A stretch of 61,637 bases of DNA, filler included, from Chiloscyllium plagiosum (taxonomy: Eukaryota): assembly GCF_004010195.1 (NCBI RefSeq). It is 4 parts of 2 records of this genome, joined end to end, with 100 filler letters (N's around TTAATTAATTAA, not from the genome) between each part and the next. Parts side by side here need not be neighbours in the genome. Positions count along the whole stretch, not along the records: positions 19,212 to 47,432 come from NC_057712.1; 3 more parts are not named here. The stretch is one strand, 5' to 3'. Below are positions 25,761-38,320 of this stretch, piece after piece; within the stretch, counting starts at the first letter, position 1; each line of letters begins with the position of its first letter. Made by a program: the position numbers and the translations under genes. The notes below the pieces were generated by a model. The model was not told where the DNA came from. It saw only the letters and a program-made list of their open reading frames with translations, and ran no database searches.

Positions 25761-25974
25761 TTGGAACTGGTTATTTTAAAAAAACTTTGTGAATAATCGA
25801 TATCAGACGTCCTGCTTATGTCTTAAGTAAAGACATTTATTAACAATGAAGTAACTTTAACAAAAAATAATTAATGTTTATTTAAACCAAATGACTTTTG
25901 TTTTCTGCCGCATTCACACAGACAATTAAGGGATAAATGAGAAAAGGAAAATACTGAGTCACAATTAAGTAGAA

Positions 25975-26412
25975 TGAATGGCTTTGAGTTATGTAGGGAA
26001 GAGGTGTTGAAATTCTGGAAAGGGTGAAAATAGATAAGTCCCCTGGGCCTGATGGCATTTATCCTAGGATTCTCTGGGAAGCAAGGCAGGAGATTGCAGA
26101 GCCATTGGCCTTGATTTTTATATCCTCTTTGTCTACAGGAGTAGTGCCAGAAGACTGGAAGATAGCAAATGTGGTTCCCTTGTTCAAAAAGGGGAGTAGG
26201 GATAACCCTAGTAACTATAGGCCAGTGAGTCTCACTTCTGTTGTGGGCAAAGTCTTAGAGAGAATTGTAAGGGATAGGATTTATGCACATCTGGATAGGA
26301 ATAATGTGATCAAGGATAGTCAGCATGGTTTTGTGAAGGGCAGGTCGTGCCTCACAAACCTTATCTTTGAGAAGGTGACTAAGGAGGTAGACAAGGGTAA
26401 AGCGGTAGATGT
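25975..26412 (+). mobile_element. CR1 ORF2 RT fragment ending at an N gap (26413-26619)
   Basis: ORF 26024: KSPGPDGIYPRIL...NYRPVSLTSVVGK...QHGFVKGRSCLTNL. Confidence 0.92.
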
Positions 26413-26619
26413 NNNNNNNNNNNNNNNNNNNNNNNNNNNNNNNNNNNNNNNNNNNNNNNNNNNNNNNNNNNNNNNNNNNNNNNNNNNNNNNNNNNNNNNN
26501 NNNNNNNNNNNNNNNNNNNNNNNNNNNNNNNNNNNNNNNNNNNNNNNNNNNNNNNNNNNNNNNNNNNNNNNNNNNNNNNNNNNNNNNNNNNNNNNNNNNN
26601 NNNNNNNNNNNNNNNNNNN

Positions 26620-27336
26620 AACCCATACGGGCCTTTTATTCTCTGAGTGGCCCAGTCAATCCAGGGGAAATTAAAATCTCCAATCAATACTACTCTCTTA
26701 TTCCTACAGCTGTCTACAATCTCTCTACACAGCTGCTCTTCTCATACCCGCTGGCTATTTGCGAGTCTGTAATACAGTCCCAACAAAGTGACCGCCCCCT
26801 TCTTCTTTCTAACTCCTAACCATATAGCCTCATTAAATGACTCTTTAGGAATATCCTCTCTGAGCACTGTTGTTATGTTCTCCCTTATCAAAAGGGCAAC
26901 TCCCCCTCCTCACTTACATGTCTTTCTGTCACGCCTGCACCCTCTGTATCTGGGAACACTGAGCTGCCAGTCCTGCCCTTCTCTCAGCCATGTTTCTGTT
27001 ATGGCTATAATATCCCAGTCTCCAGAGCCAATCCATGTTCTGAGCTTGTCTGCCTTACCAGTCAGGCCTCATGAAATAAATGCCCTTTAAACCAGAAGTT
27101 TAAGGGGGGGGTAGGTATAGGACAGATGTTAGGGGTAGGTTCTTTACTCAGCGAGTCGTGAGTTCATTGAATGCCCTGCCAGTAGCAGTGGTGGACTCTC
27201 CCTCTTTTTGGGCATTTAAGTGGGCATTGGATAGGCATATGGAGGATAGTGGGCTAGTGTAGGTTAGGTGGGCTTGCATCGGCACAACATCGAGGGCCAA
27301 ACGGCATGTAGTGCGCTGTATTCTTCTATGTTCTAT
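26620..27336. mobile_element. CR1 endonuclease fragment (-, to about 27085) followed by a CR1 3' end (+)
   Basis: IGDFNFPWIDW on -; TTCTATG tail at about 27325 on +. Confidence 0.75.
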
Positions 27337-27365
27337 AAAAAATAACAAAAGTCCATCTCTTTCAG

Positions 27366-27584
27366 GCTGAGTTTGAGAGGCTGTGTACATTGCTGAAAGA
27401 TCCATCGCCTCTCTCTGAGAAGGAGCTGCAGAAACTCCACATAGAGATGACTGATTTCACTGATTCACTGTCGGTGGTCCAGCCCTCAGCCAAGCGGGAA
27501 GGATTTGCCACTGTGCCTGATGTGACTTGGGCTGATATAGGAGCTCTACAAGAAATCCGTGAGGAGCTCTCCATGGCTATTCTG
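27366..27584 (+). CDS. NVL: NVL coding exon 14 ([18 protein letters not shown]...[36 protein letters not shown])
   Basis: CAG acceptor, CTG|GTATGC donor; D1-D2 linker [21 protein letters not shown]. Confidence 0.97.
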
Positions 27585-27711
27585 GTATGCAGACCCAGCT
27601 TGAATCTGGCTAGAACCTTGGCAATGTTCATTCTGATTTATCCTTTACTAGTACATAGTGCTGTTTATAGCCATCACCTCAGAGAATACATTCCATACAC
27701 TGCCCCAAACA

Positions 27712-28350
27712 ATAACTCAGGAGATCACCACAGTCCCTAACCCGTTCCCCTAAATACACTGACTCAGGAGATCACCACCCGCCTTAACCCGTTCCCCTAA
27801 ATACACTGACTCAGGAGATCACCCGCCCGCCCTAACCCATTCCCCTAAACACACCGACTCAGGAGATCACCCACCCGTCCTAACCCATTCCCCTAAATAC
27901 ACCGACTCAGGAGATCACCACCTGTCCTAACCTGTCCCCTACACCGACTCAGGAGATCACCACCTGTCCTAACCCATTCCCCTAAATACACCGACTCAGG
28001 AGATCACCACCTGTCCTAATCTGTCCCCTAAAGAGGGGAAAGTGAGGACTGCAGATGCTGGAGATCAGAGTCTAGATTAGAGTGGTGCTGGAAAAGCACA
28101 GCAGATCAGGCAGCATCCAAGGAGCAGAAAAATTGACGTTTCGGGCATAAGCCCTTCGTCAGGAATGTGTTCCTGATTTAGGGCTTTTGCCCCAAAAGTA
28201 AATTTTCCTGCTTCTCCGATGCTGCCTAACCTGCTTTGCTTTTCCAGCACCACTCTGATCTAGACAGTCACCTAAAGAGACAGACTCAGGAGATCACCAA
28301 CTGTCCTAACCCGTCCCCTCGAAACACTGACTCAGGAGATTACCTGTCCT
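27712..28350 (+). repeat. Minisatellite, ~44-bp unit GACTCAGGAGATCACCACCTGTCCTAACCCATTCCCCTAAATACACC
   Basis: About 9-10 units, interrupted by a PLE insert. Confidence 0.9.
28036..28266. mobile_element. Palindromic PLE-derived insert with head-to-head hammerhead motifs and 13-bp TSD
   Basis: GTC(C/A)CCTAAAGAG at 28023-28035 and 28267-28279; - strand core CTGACGA-A-GGGCTTATGCCC-GAAAC-GTC at 28135-28162; + partner decayed. Confidence 0.85.
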
Positions 28351-28477
28351 ACCTCTCAAGCGCAGGTAAATTTTGGAGTCCATAACAATGAGGTCAAAAC
28401 CTGACAGGTACTGTGTGTTCTGCTGATGTTGTCAGCTTTCTCTGTCTCTTTTGCATTCCTTACATCTCAGTGTGCAA

Positions 28478-28678
28478 AAACACAGAAATAATTGCGGCTG
28501 CTGGACATTGAAAACAAAAACAAATTGCTGGAAAAGCTCAGCAGGTCTGGCAGCATCCGAGGAGAGAGAGTTAATGTTTTGGGTCAGGTGACCCTTCTTC
28601 AGCTCTGAAACGTTTCAGCATCTGATTTCTTCCCACAAATGCTGCCAGACCTGCTGAGATTTTCCAGCAATTTTTGAA
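28478..28678. mobile_element. Older palindromic PLE-derived insert of another family
   Basis: Arms AATTGCTGGAAAAGCTCAGCAGGTCTGGCAGCAT and its near reverse complement; - strand CTGAAGA-A-GGGTCA cc TGACCC-AAAAC-ATT at about 28573-28602. Confidence 0.7.
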
Positions 28679-28799
28679 CCCGATGTGAGATCTCTGTTAG
28701 TCCCTCCGTGTGCAGTATATTATGAACCTTTATCTTCTCATTTATATATTTAACATTACACAAAACAGGTGTGCACCTCTGATTGGAGCTGGTGTGTCA

Positions 28800-29110
28800 T
28801 TCCATTCTGCTGATATGGTGATAATCTCACTTTAAGTTGTAATCTTGAACCCCAGGTAACATTCTGGGTCATGGGTTTGAATCCTACTGTGGCAGCTGAT
28901 GAAATTTGAATTCATTTGGAATTAAAAGCCTCCTCTAATGGAGACCATTGGAACCACTGCCGGTTGGCATAAAGCCCATCTGGCTCACTGATGTCATTTC
29001 GGGAAGGAATCCTGCTGTCCTTACCTGGTCTGACCCGCAGGTGACTCCAGCCTCACACTGATGTAATTGACTATGGGCCCGCAGTGGTGACCACATCCCA
29101 GCAACAAAAT
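28800..29110 (+). mobile_element. Old tRNA-headed SINE (DeuSINE-like)
   Basis: GGTTTGAATCC B-box remnant, then CTGGCTCACTGATGTC...GGAAGGAATCCTGCTGTCCTTACCTGGTCTG; related pieces near 7686-7880. Confidence 0.55.
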
Positions 29111-29240
29111 GAGAAAATGTCACTAATGTGGATATTCCTCTGACTGCCTCCTTTTTTTTGTGGGTCAGGACCTGGCACGGCTGGGATCACCATGAGTGTC
29201 TCTTGTTGCTGACCCTCCCTCCTTTTCTCTGTTTCTTTAG

Positions 29241-29357
<117 letters not shown>

Positions 29358-30004
29358 TAAACCCCCCATCCCTCACCCCAGTTAGCTGTGTTCCCCTACC
29401 ACTGTTGTGCAGTGACACAGTGACCTGTAGGTCAGGAATTCACATTCTTTCAATGGAAACTTGTGAAATAAATTCAGAACCATCTGCTCATGTGGGGGCA
29501 AATCCTTTCAGTTTCTCTCAGATGTGTGACTGTTGTTCATCTCCAGGTCTCTCTGATCCTTGTCCCTCATTCTATACCAGGTCTCTCTGATCCTTGTCCC
29601 TCATTCTATACCAGGCCTCTCTGATGCATCAGATCATTGGAAATAGGAGTAGGCCATTTAGCCCCTTGAGCCTGTTCATTAGGATCACGGCTGATCTGAC
29701 GCTGCTTGCGCTGACTTTTCTGCCTTTTCCCCACGGTAAATTCCCCGTGACTAGGTCAAGATATCAATCTCAGTCTTAAATATAGACAAGGACTCTCTGA
29801 CCCCACAGCTCTCTGTGACAAGGAATTCTAAACCCTCAGAAGAAATTCCTCCTCATCTCAGTTTTAAATTGGCGCTCCTTTTATTCTGAAATTGTCTGTA
29901 GTCCTCAACTCTCCCATGAGGGGAGGCATTCTCTCAGCATTTACTCTGTCAAGCCCCTTTAAGAGTCCTCTACCTAGAATCATGGCACTCCAACCAGAAC
30001 TCTA

Positions 30005-30230
30005 TCAACAAACACATTGACTTGGATTCTGTTTAGTACACTCCTGAAGAAAAGGACAGTAAGTGGCATCACCACAGGAAATGGCATCACCAACCCAAGG
30101 AAACCTAAACACACCAATAAAAAGTGGGCTGTACCACCAGTGCTTCACCAGAGACTCACTGATGATACCTAGTATGGTGATGAAACATCTGAAAACAAAC
30201 CTTCCAGCTCCGTGAGCAAACTTCAATCCA
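30005..30230 (+). mobile_element. 3' end of a further PLE-like family with a decayed hammerhead (30159-30189), nested in a - strand CR1 (about 29630-30350)
   Basis: TCA-CTGATGA-TACC tagtat GGTGAT-GAAAC-ATC-TGA. Confidence 0.55.
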
Positions 30231-32721
30231 GTCCTTTACATTTAATGAGGTCATCTCATTCTTCTAAACTCCAATGAGTCCAAATCATAACACAGTCTCT
30301 CCATACCAGGGGTCAGCCTGGTGAACCTTCACTGAGCTGCCTGAATGAAGTGATATTTTTCGTCCCTCATTCTCCTCTGGATTAGAGTTAACCCTTACCC
30401 TGTCTCTCTGACCCCAGACCCTTATTCTCCCCTGGTTCCCTCGTACCTTGGGCTCTGGTTCAACTCTAGCCTTGAAATTGCTCTGAAGTTGTGGAACGTG
30501 ATGTTGTGTGCAGGATATAAACCTTGTTCTTGGAGACGGGATGCTGCTCCTGCAGCTTACTGTGGCTTTGCTGGGATGTGGCAGCAGAACATGGACAGAC
30601 GTGAGTAGGAGAGCAAGGTCATGATTAACATGACAGTCCACCAGAGGCCATACTTACGCACAATGTGATCACTGAGCCTGCCCTTCCCAATGTACAGGAG
30701 GTTGTGTGGAGCGAGCAGAGCAGGCTAAATTGAAAGAGGTACAAAACAGTTACTACAGATGGGCCAAGTGTTAGGAGCCTAGGAGAATGAGGTGGGAGAA
30801 AGTAAAGGTGCCAGTGCTATCCTGGGAGAGGGTGAGGTGCAGGGGCCTGTAGAAGAGTGGATAAGAAGATGTCATTGATTTTGGTGGAATCATGATGACA
30901 GTTACTGTGTATAGATAGTCGACCATTTGTAAACAATTTTCAGCATGTTTATTCAGTTTGTTAAACAGTAGCTGTTTAGTTAGATACCCGATCCAATATA
31001 TGACCTGTGACAGATGGTTTACTGATCCTGGGGCTGTTGTATAGAATGGCAGAGCAGGGACAGCAGTGATAGAGTTGATGTTTCACAGTCTTTGGTGGGA
31101 ACGGTTTTCTTTCTTTCCTTGAGCTGATGTCGCAAACTCCTGGTCTTATCCCAAGTACATGGTGAGTCATTTCCTTCGATCTCCCTTACCCCTACCTCTC
31201 TCCCTCCCACCACCCCCCCTGTTGATAAGTGGAGACTGGCAACCTATACCGTGTCAGTTACAAGTCTTGAGTTTGATTGGCCAGGGACCATGAGGGACTG
31301 CTCCTAATACCAGGATAGCCATTGCCACAGAGTGAGGGGAGGACCCTGTTGAATAGAGATAAGGTGGATTTTCTTCAGCTAGAGGGTGGTGAATCTGTTG
31401 AATGCATTGTCGCAGAGGGCTGTGGAGGCCAAGTCATTGTATTTCTTTCAGACAGATTATAGCTAGGTTCTTGATTGAGAAGGCGATCAAGTCTAATGGG
31501 GTTGAGAAAGATATCAGCCATGACTTAATGGCAGAAGGGACTTGATGGGCAGAGTGGCCAAATTCTGCTCCTATAGCTTATAGTTTAATGGTCAGTGATT
31601 TTAGGTACCAGCGATGAAAATGGGTTTTCCAGCACAGGCAGAATCATTTATAGACTTCAGTGTTTTTCTGTAAAGTACTCCGAGGTACAGGGAGTATTTT
31701 GATGGACAGAGTACAATCCTATGGCTGGAGGTGAGTTCCAACTGTTTACATGAGCAGATTGTTTATTTAGCAATTGTTCAAGGGACTGGATGTTCAGTCT
31801 GGCAGGATTCCAGGCATGTGGGTCTGGAACACGTCCCTTTGTTCTGTGTCTGTCATGGGCCTGCACAGTTTGTGATCTGTCCTCGGGCTGTTTGAAGGCT
31901 GGAGTAACTGAATACTGCAGCTGGCTTGGAACTGCTTAATTTACTACAGTGATACCTGAACCTGATGGATTACATTCGAAGGATTGATTACACACAGGAT
32001 TTGAATGAAGCTTTGAAATATTAAGGGAAATTGATCGGGTGGAAAGGGAGGTTATTTCCGCAAACCTCTGCCTCTTCCCTGTAATCCGACAATCCTTTGC
32101 TGTTCAGCTGCTTATCCATTCCTGTTTTGAACATTCTCTTCCTCCACTCTCGGGCAGTACATTCCACTCACTGGCAGAAATTCTTACTCCTCCGTGGTCT
32201 CAGGTTCTAGCTCCCTCCCACCAATGGGAACTCCCAATTCCTCCTGATTTTAAACACTTTGATCAAATCTTCTCTCAGATCCCAACAAGGAGAACAATTC
32301 CAGCTTCTCCAGTTTGTCTGGGGCATTGAAGACTGTCTTCACTGGAACCATTCTTGTCAATCTTTGCTTCACTCTCTCAAAAGCTTTCACGTTCTTCCTA
32401 AAATGTGGTGACCAGAACTGGATACAGTGGCTTACCCACTGCTTTACTACATCTCTCATAACTTCTGCATAAAGAACAGCAAACATTTGGAGCTCTCTGC
32501 CACAGATGATGTTTGATGTGGGGTTAATTGGGACTATAAACCTGAGATTAATGTATTCATGTCTATTCAAGTATGAAGATGCATGGGACAAGAGTGGGTT
32601 TGTGGAACTGTGTTGCAGATTGTCAGCATTCTCATTGATTCCAAGGGCTTCTCCAGTTCCTCTGCTCCTGCTGTCCACCCTCACCACAAGCAACAAATGA
32701 CACTGGAGTAGGCTAGTCATT

Positions 32722-32900
32722 TGGAAACAATAAATGCTGGAGATCACAGTGGCTTAGACAGCATCCGGGGGAAAGAACAAGCTAATGTTTGGAGTCTTGT
32801 GTTAACTTGCTGTCTCACCATGGATGCTGTCTGAGCCACTGTGATCTCCAGCATTGGTTGTTTTCAGTACAGATTCCAGCATTTTCAGTAATTTGCTCTG
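32722..32900. mobile_element. Palindromic PLE-like insert with collapsed centre
   Basis: AATGCTGGAGATCACAGTGGCTTAGACAGCATCC and its near-perfect reverse complement at about 32822-32855, then a pseudo-LTR-like tail. Confidence 0.6.
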
Positions 32901-33119
32901 ACTTTGAGCCAGTCACTTGGTTGCTTTCCTGGTGGAACTCCAACCTGGAACTTCCTGTTTCTAACCCTTCTTCACACCTCCAATCATTGTTAGTTAATCT
33001 AAAAAACTTAATGAGGGATGTGAGAAAGTCAACAGGAAGAAAATGATCCAAGTAAAATCATCAGCAAGACATCTGGTTTCTGCTGTATGATGGGACAGTG
33101 CGCAAGGAGGGTCCAATGA

Positions 33120-34840
33120 GTGTGGTCAGTGTTGGGAGACTGTAGTCACTGGCAAGTGTCAGTGCCAAGAGACTGTACTCATTGGTTTGTGTGGGGTTAC
33201 TGGGCGATTGTAGTCACTGGGTGGTGTGTGTGGGGTCAATGGTGGGAGACTGTAGTCACTGGATGGTGTATGTGCTGTCTTTGGGAGACTAGTCACTAGG
33301 TGGTGTGTGTGCTGTCAGTGGCGGGAGATTAGTCACTAGGTGGTGTGTGTGGGGTCAGTGGTGCGAGACTGTAGTCACTAGGTGGGCGTGCTTTGTGGTG
33401 GGAGACTGTAGTCACTGGTGGTGTGTGCAGTCTGTGTGAGACTAGTCACTGGGTAGTATGCGTGCTGTCAGTGGTGAGAGACTGTAGTCACTGGGTGGTG
33501 TGTGTGGGGTCAGTGGTGGGAGACTGTAGTCACTGGTGGTGTGTGTGCTGTCAGTAGTGGGAAACTGTAGTCACTGGATGGTGTGTGTGCTGTCAGTGGT
33601 GGGAAACTGTAGTCACTGGATGGTGTGTGCGCTGTCAGTGGTGGGAGACTGTAGTCACTGGGTAGTGTGTGTGGGGTCAGTGGTGGAACACTAGTTACTG
33701 GGGTGATGTGTGTGGGGTCAGTGGTGGGAGACTGTAGTCACTGGTGGTGTGTGTACTGTCAGTAGTGGGAAACTGTAGTCACTGGATGGTGTGTGCGCTG
33801 TCAGTGGTGGGAGACTGTAGTCACTGGGTGGTATGGGTGCTGTCACTGGGAGACTGTAGTCACTGGGTGGTGTGCATACTATCAGTGATGGGAGACTACT
33901 CATTGGGCAATGTGTGTGTTGTCATTGGGAGGCTAGTCACTGGGTAGTGTGTGATGTCAGTGGTGGGAGACTGTAGTCACTGGGTGGTATGGGTGCTGTC
34001 ATTGATAGGAGACTGTATTCACTGGGAGGTATGGGTGCTGTCACTGGGAGACTGTAGTCACTGGTGGTGTGTATGCTGTCAGTGGTGGGAGACTGTAGTC
34101 AATAGGTGGCGTGTGTGGGGTCACTGGTGGGAAACTATAGTCACTAGGTGGTGTGTGTGCTGTGGTGCGAGACCAATCACTAGGTGTGTGTGGGGTCAGT
34201 GGTGGGAGACTGTAGTCACTGGTTGGTGTGTGTGTGCTGTCAGTGGTGGGAGACTGTAGTCACTGGTTGGTGTGTGTGCGCTGTCATTGGGAGACTAGCC
34301 ACTGGGGGGGTTCTGTCAATGTTGGGAGGCTAGTCACTGGGCAGTGTGTGTGCTGTCAGTGGTGGGAGATTGTAGTGACTCGGTGGTTTGTGTGCTCTGT
34401 GGTCCAAGAGTGTAGTCACTAGGTGGTGTGTGTGTGTGGGGTCACTGTCAGGAGACTGTAGTCACTGGGCAGTTTGTGTGCTTTCAGTGGTGGCAGATTG
34501 TAGTCACTGGGTGGTGTGTGTGCGCTGTCAGTAGTGGGAGACTGTAGTCACTAGAGAGTGAGTGCTGTCAGTGTGGGAGGCTGTAGTCAGTAGGTGGTGT
34601 GTGTGCTGTCAGTAGTGGGAGACTGTAGTCAGTGGGTGGTGTGTGTGCTGTCAGTAGTGGGAGACTGTAGTCAGGTGGTGTGTGTGCTGTCAGTAGTGGG
34701 AGACTGTAGTCAGTGGGTGATGTGAGTGCTGTCAATAGTGGGAGACTGCACTCACTCGGCAGTGAGTGCAGTCATTGGTGGGAGGCTGTAGTCAGTGGCT
34801 GATGTGTGTGGGGTCAGAAGACTGTCGTCACTGGGTGGTG
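33120..34840 (+). repeat. GT-rich minisatellite, ~40-bp unit GTGGTGGGAGACTGTAGTCACTGGGTGGTGTGTGTGCTGTCA
   Basis: About 40 diverged tandem units. Confidence 0.95.
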
Positions 34841-34960
34841 AGTATCTCATACTCTTTTTGGGAACAGTGACACTGGGCAATCTCACTGAGAAGTAAGTTT
34901 GATTGTGATTAAAAATGTACTTTAATTTCAGGTTGATCAATAATTTACTTCTGTCTCTAG

Positions 34961-35768
<808 letters not shown>

Positions 35769-36218
35769 GCATACAGCTGCGCTAGTGACTTTGCAGAATA
35801 TCCTGACCATGCCCCCACAGTGCAAGGTGTCCTTGATTGGAACACACCCTCTCCCTTGCTGACAGGGCCTGGCTCCCTCAGTTCCACACGGCACATTCAT
35901 CAGATCACATCTTCCTGTGACCCAGAGAGCCACCTTGGACTGTGTCAGGCTCTCTCAGTCCTGCAGTTCACTGTCATCTTGTGCTCTATGCTAAAGGATG
36001 ACGAAATGAACCCTTGATCTCAAGTGTAAGAGCACCATGAAGCAGGATGTATTTTGGGACTGAGCTACCAGTGGTAAATGTGAGGTGGGACCCATAGTCT
36101 TCATTTTCCCATCGTTGTCTCTGTGTTATGGGAAGTAATGGGGCCCTGAGACCCAGAGTATTACCAAGGTTATGTCTGTTTTTTCTAACCGTGTTACGGT
36201 GTCCTGATGTTTGTTTAA

Positions 36219-36365
<147 letters not shown>

Positions 36366-37306
36366 TAGACTCTATCCAGGGTATGAGGAGATGCCAGGAA
36401 CGTGGGGTTGAGAAATATATCAGCCACAGTCAAATAGCAGAGCACACTGGATGGGCTGAACGGCCTAATACTGTTCCTGTATCTTTTATTTTTATGTCTT
36501 AGAGGGTCAGATCTCATGAGTTTGAACTCCATTGTTACACTCTCCCCTCAGGGATAAGAGCAAGAAGTCAGTTAGACAGCAAACGTTTTATTAACTGGCA
36601 CCTATCGGAGCAGGAATATTCAAGTTGATCAAGAGATCCACGTAAAAACACGCAGTAGTAGAAACGCTATACAGGGAGGATGCAGAGTGTTACACTTTAT
36701 TTACAGCATAAATCACTTAAATAATAATGCAACTTTGCCTTAAATAAAACTTACCAACAGAGAACTTTCTCAGTCACTGACTGACTACTCGAACACTGCG
36801 ATAATACAGTAAGTTTACAGTATTTCAGATACAGTAGTTTCCCCCGTACCCACACCGGTTACGTTCCAAGACTCACCGCAGAAGCCCAAAACCATGGATA
36901 GGAGCGACCCCATCCATTTAAATGGTAAATTTACCTTCTTGGCAGCCCCCAGTCCCTGGTTCTGGAAAGTCCCCTCTAATATGTTTAGGCTACAGGAAAC
37001 TGAAACCAAGGAACCTGGACCTGCTGATACGGAGGTCGCCTTGTACACCGTTTTTGCCAGTTTATCGAGGGTATCAGTTAAAACAGTGCTTGCTGTAACT
37101 CCAACATTGACTCTTCCTTGGGAATAGGAGCACAAGGTGAGATTTAACTCTATCATTAGACTCTGTCCTTGGGGATGAGAGCATAAGGTGAGTTTTAACT
37201 CCATCACTCGATGCTGCTTGTGGGATTGGAACAGAAGGTAGCCATGGTGAGTTCTGGGTCAATGTGGAATGTCCTACGTTATCTTAAGGCAAGGCAAGGC
37301 CAATGA

Positions 37307-38125
<819 letters not shown>

Positions 38126-38320
38126 GTGTTGAAGGTCATTCAATCACAAGGACATCACCAGCCAGGCTCGAATGAAAGGTTGGGGAATCTGGCTGAATTT
38201 AGTTAAATATTGAATTTAGTTTGATTAGTCTAAACTCATTTGGCAGGGGGTTGTGGTAGAGAGTGGAGGTGCAGTAGAAAAGAAGAACATGAGAACTAGG
38301 AGTAGGCCATTCAGCCCCTT

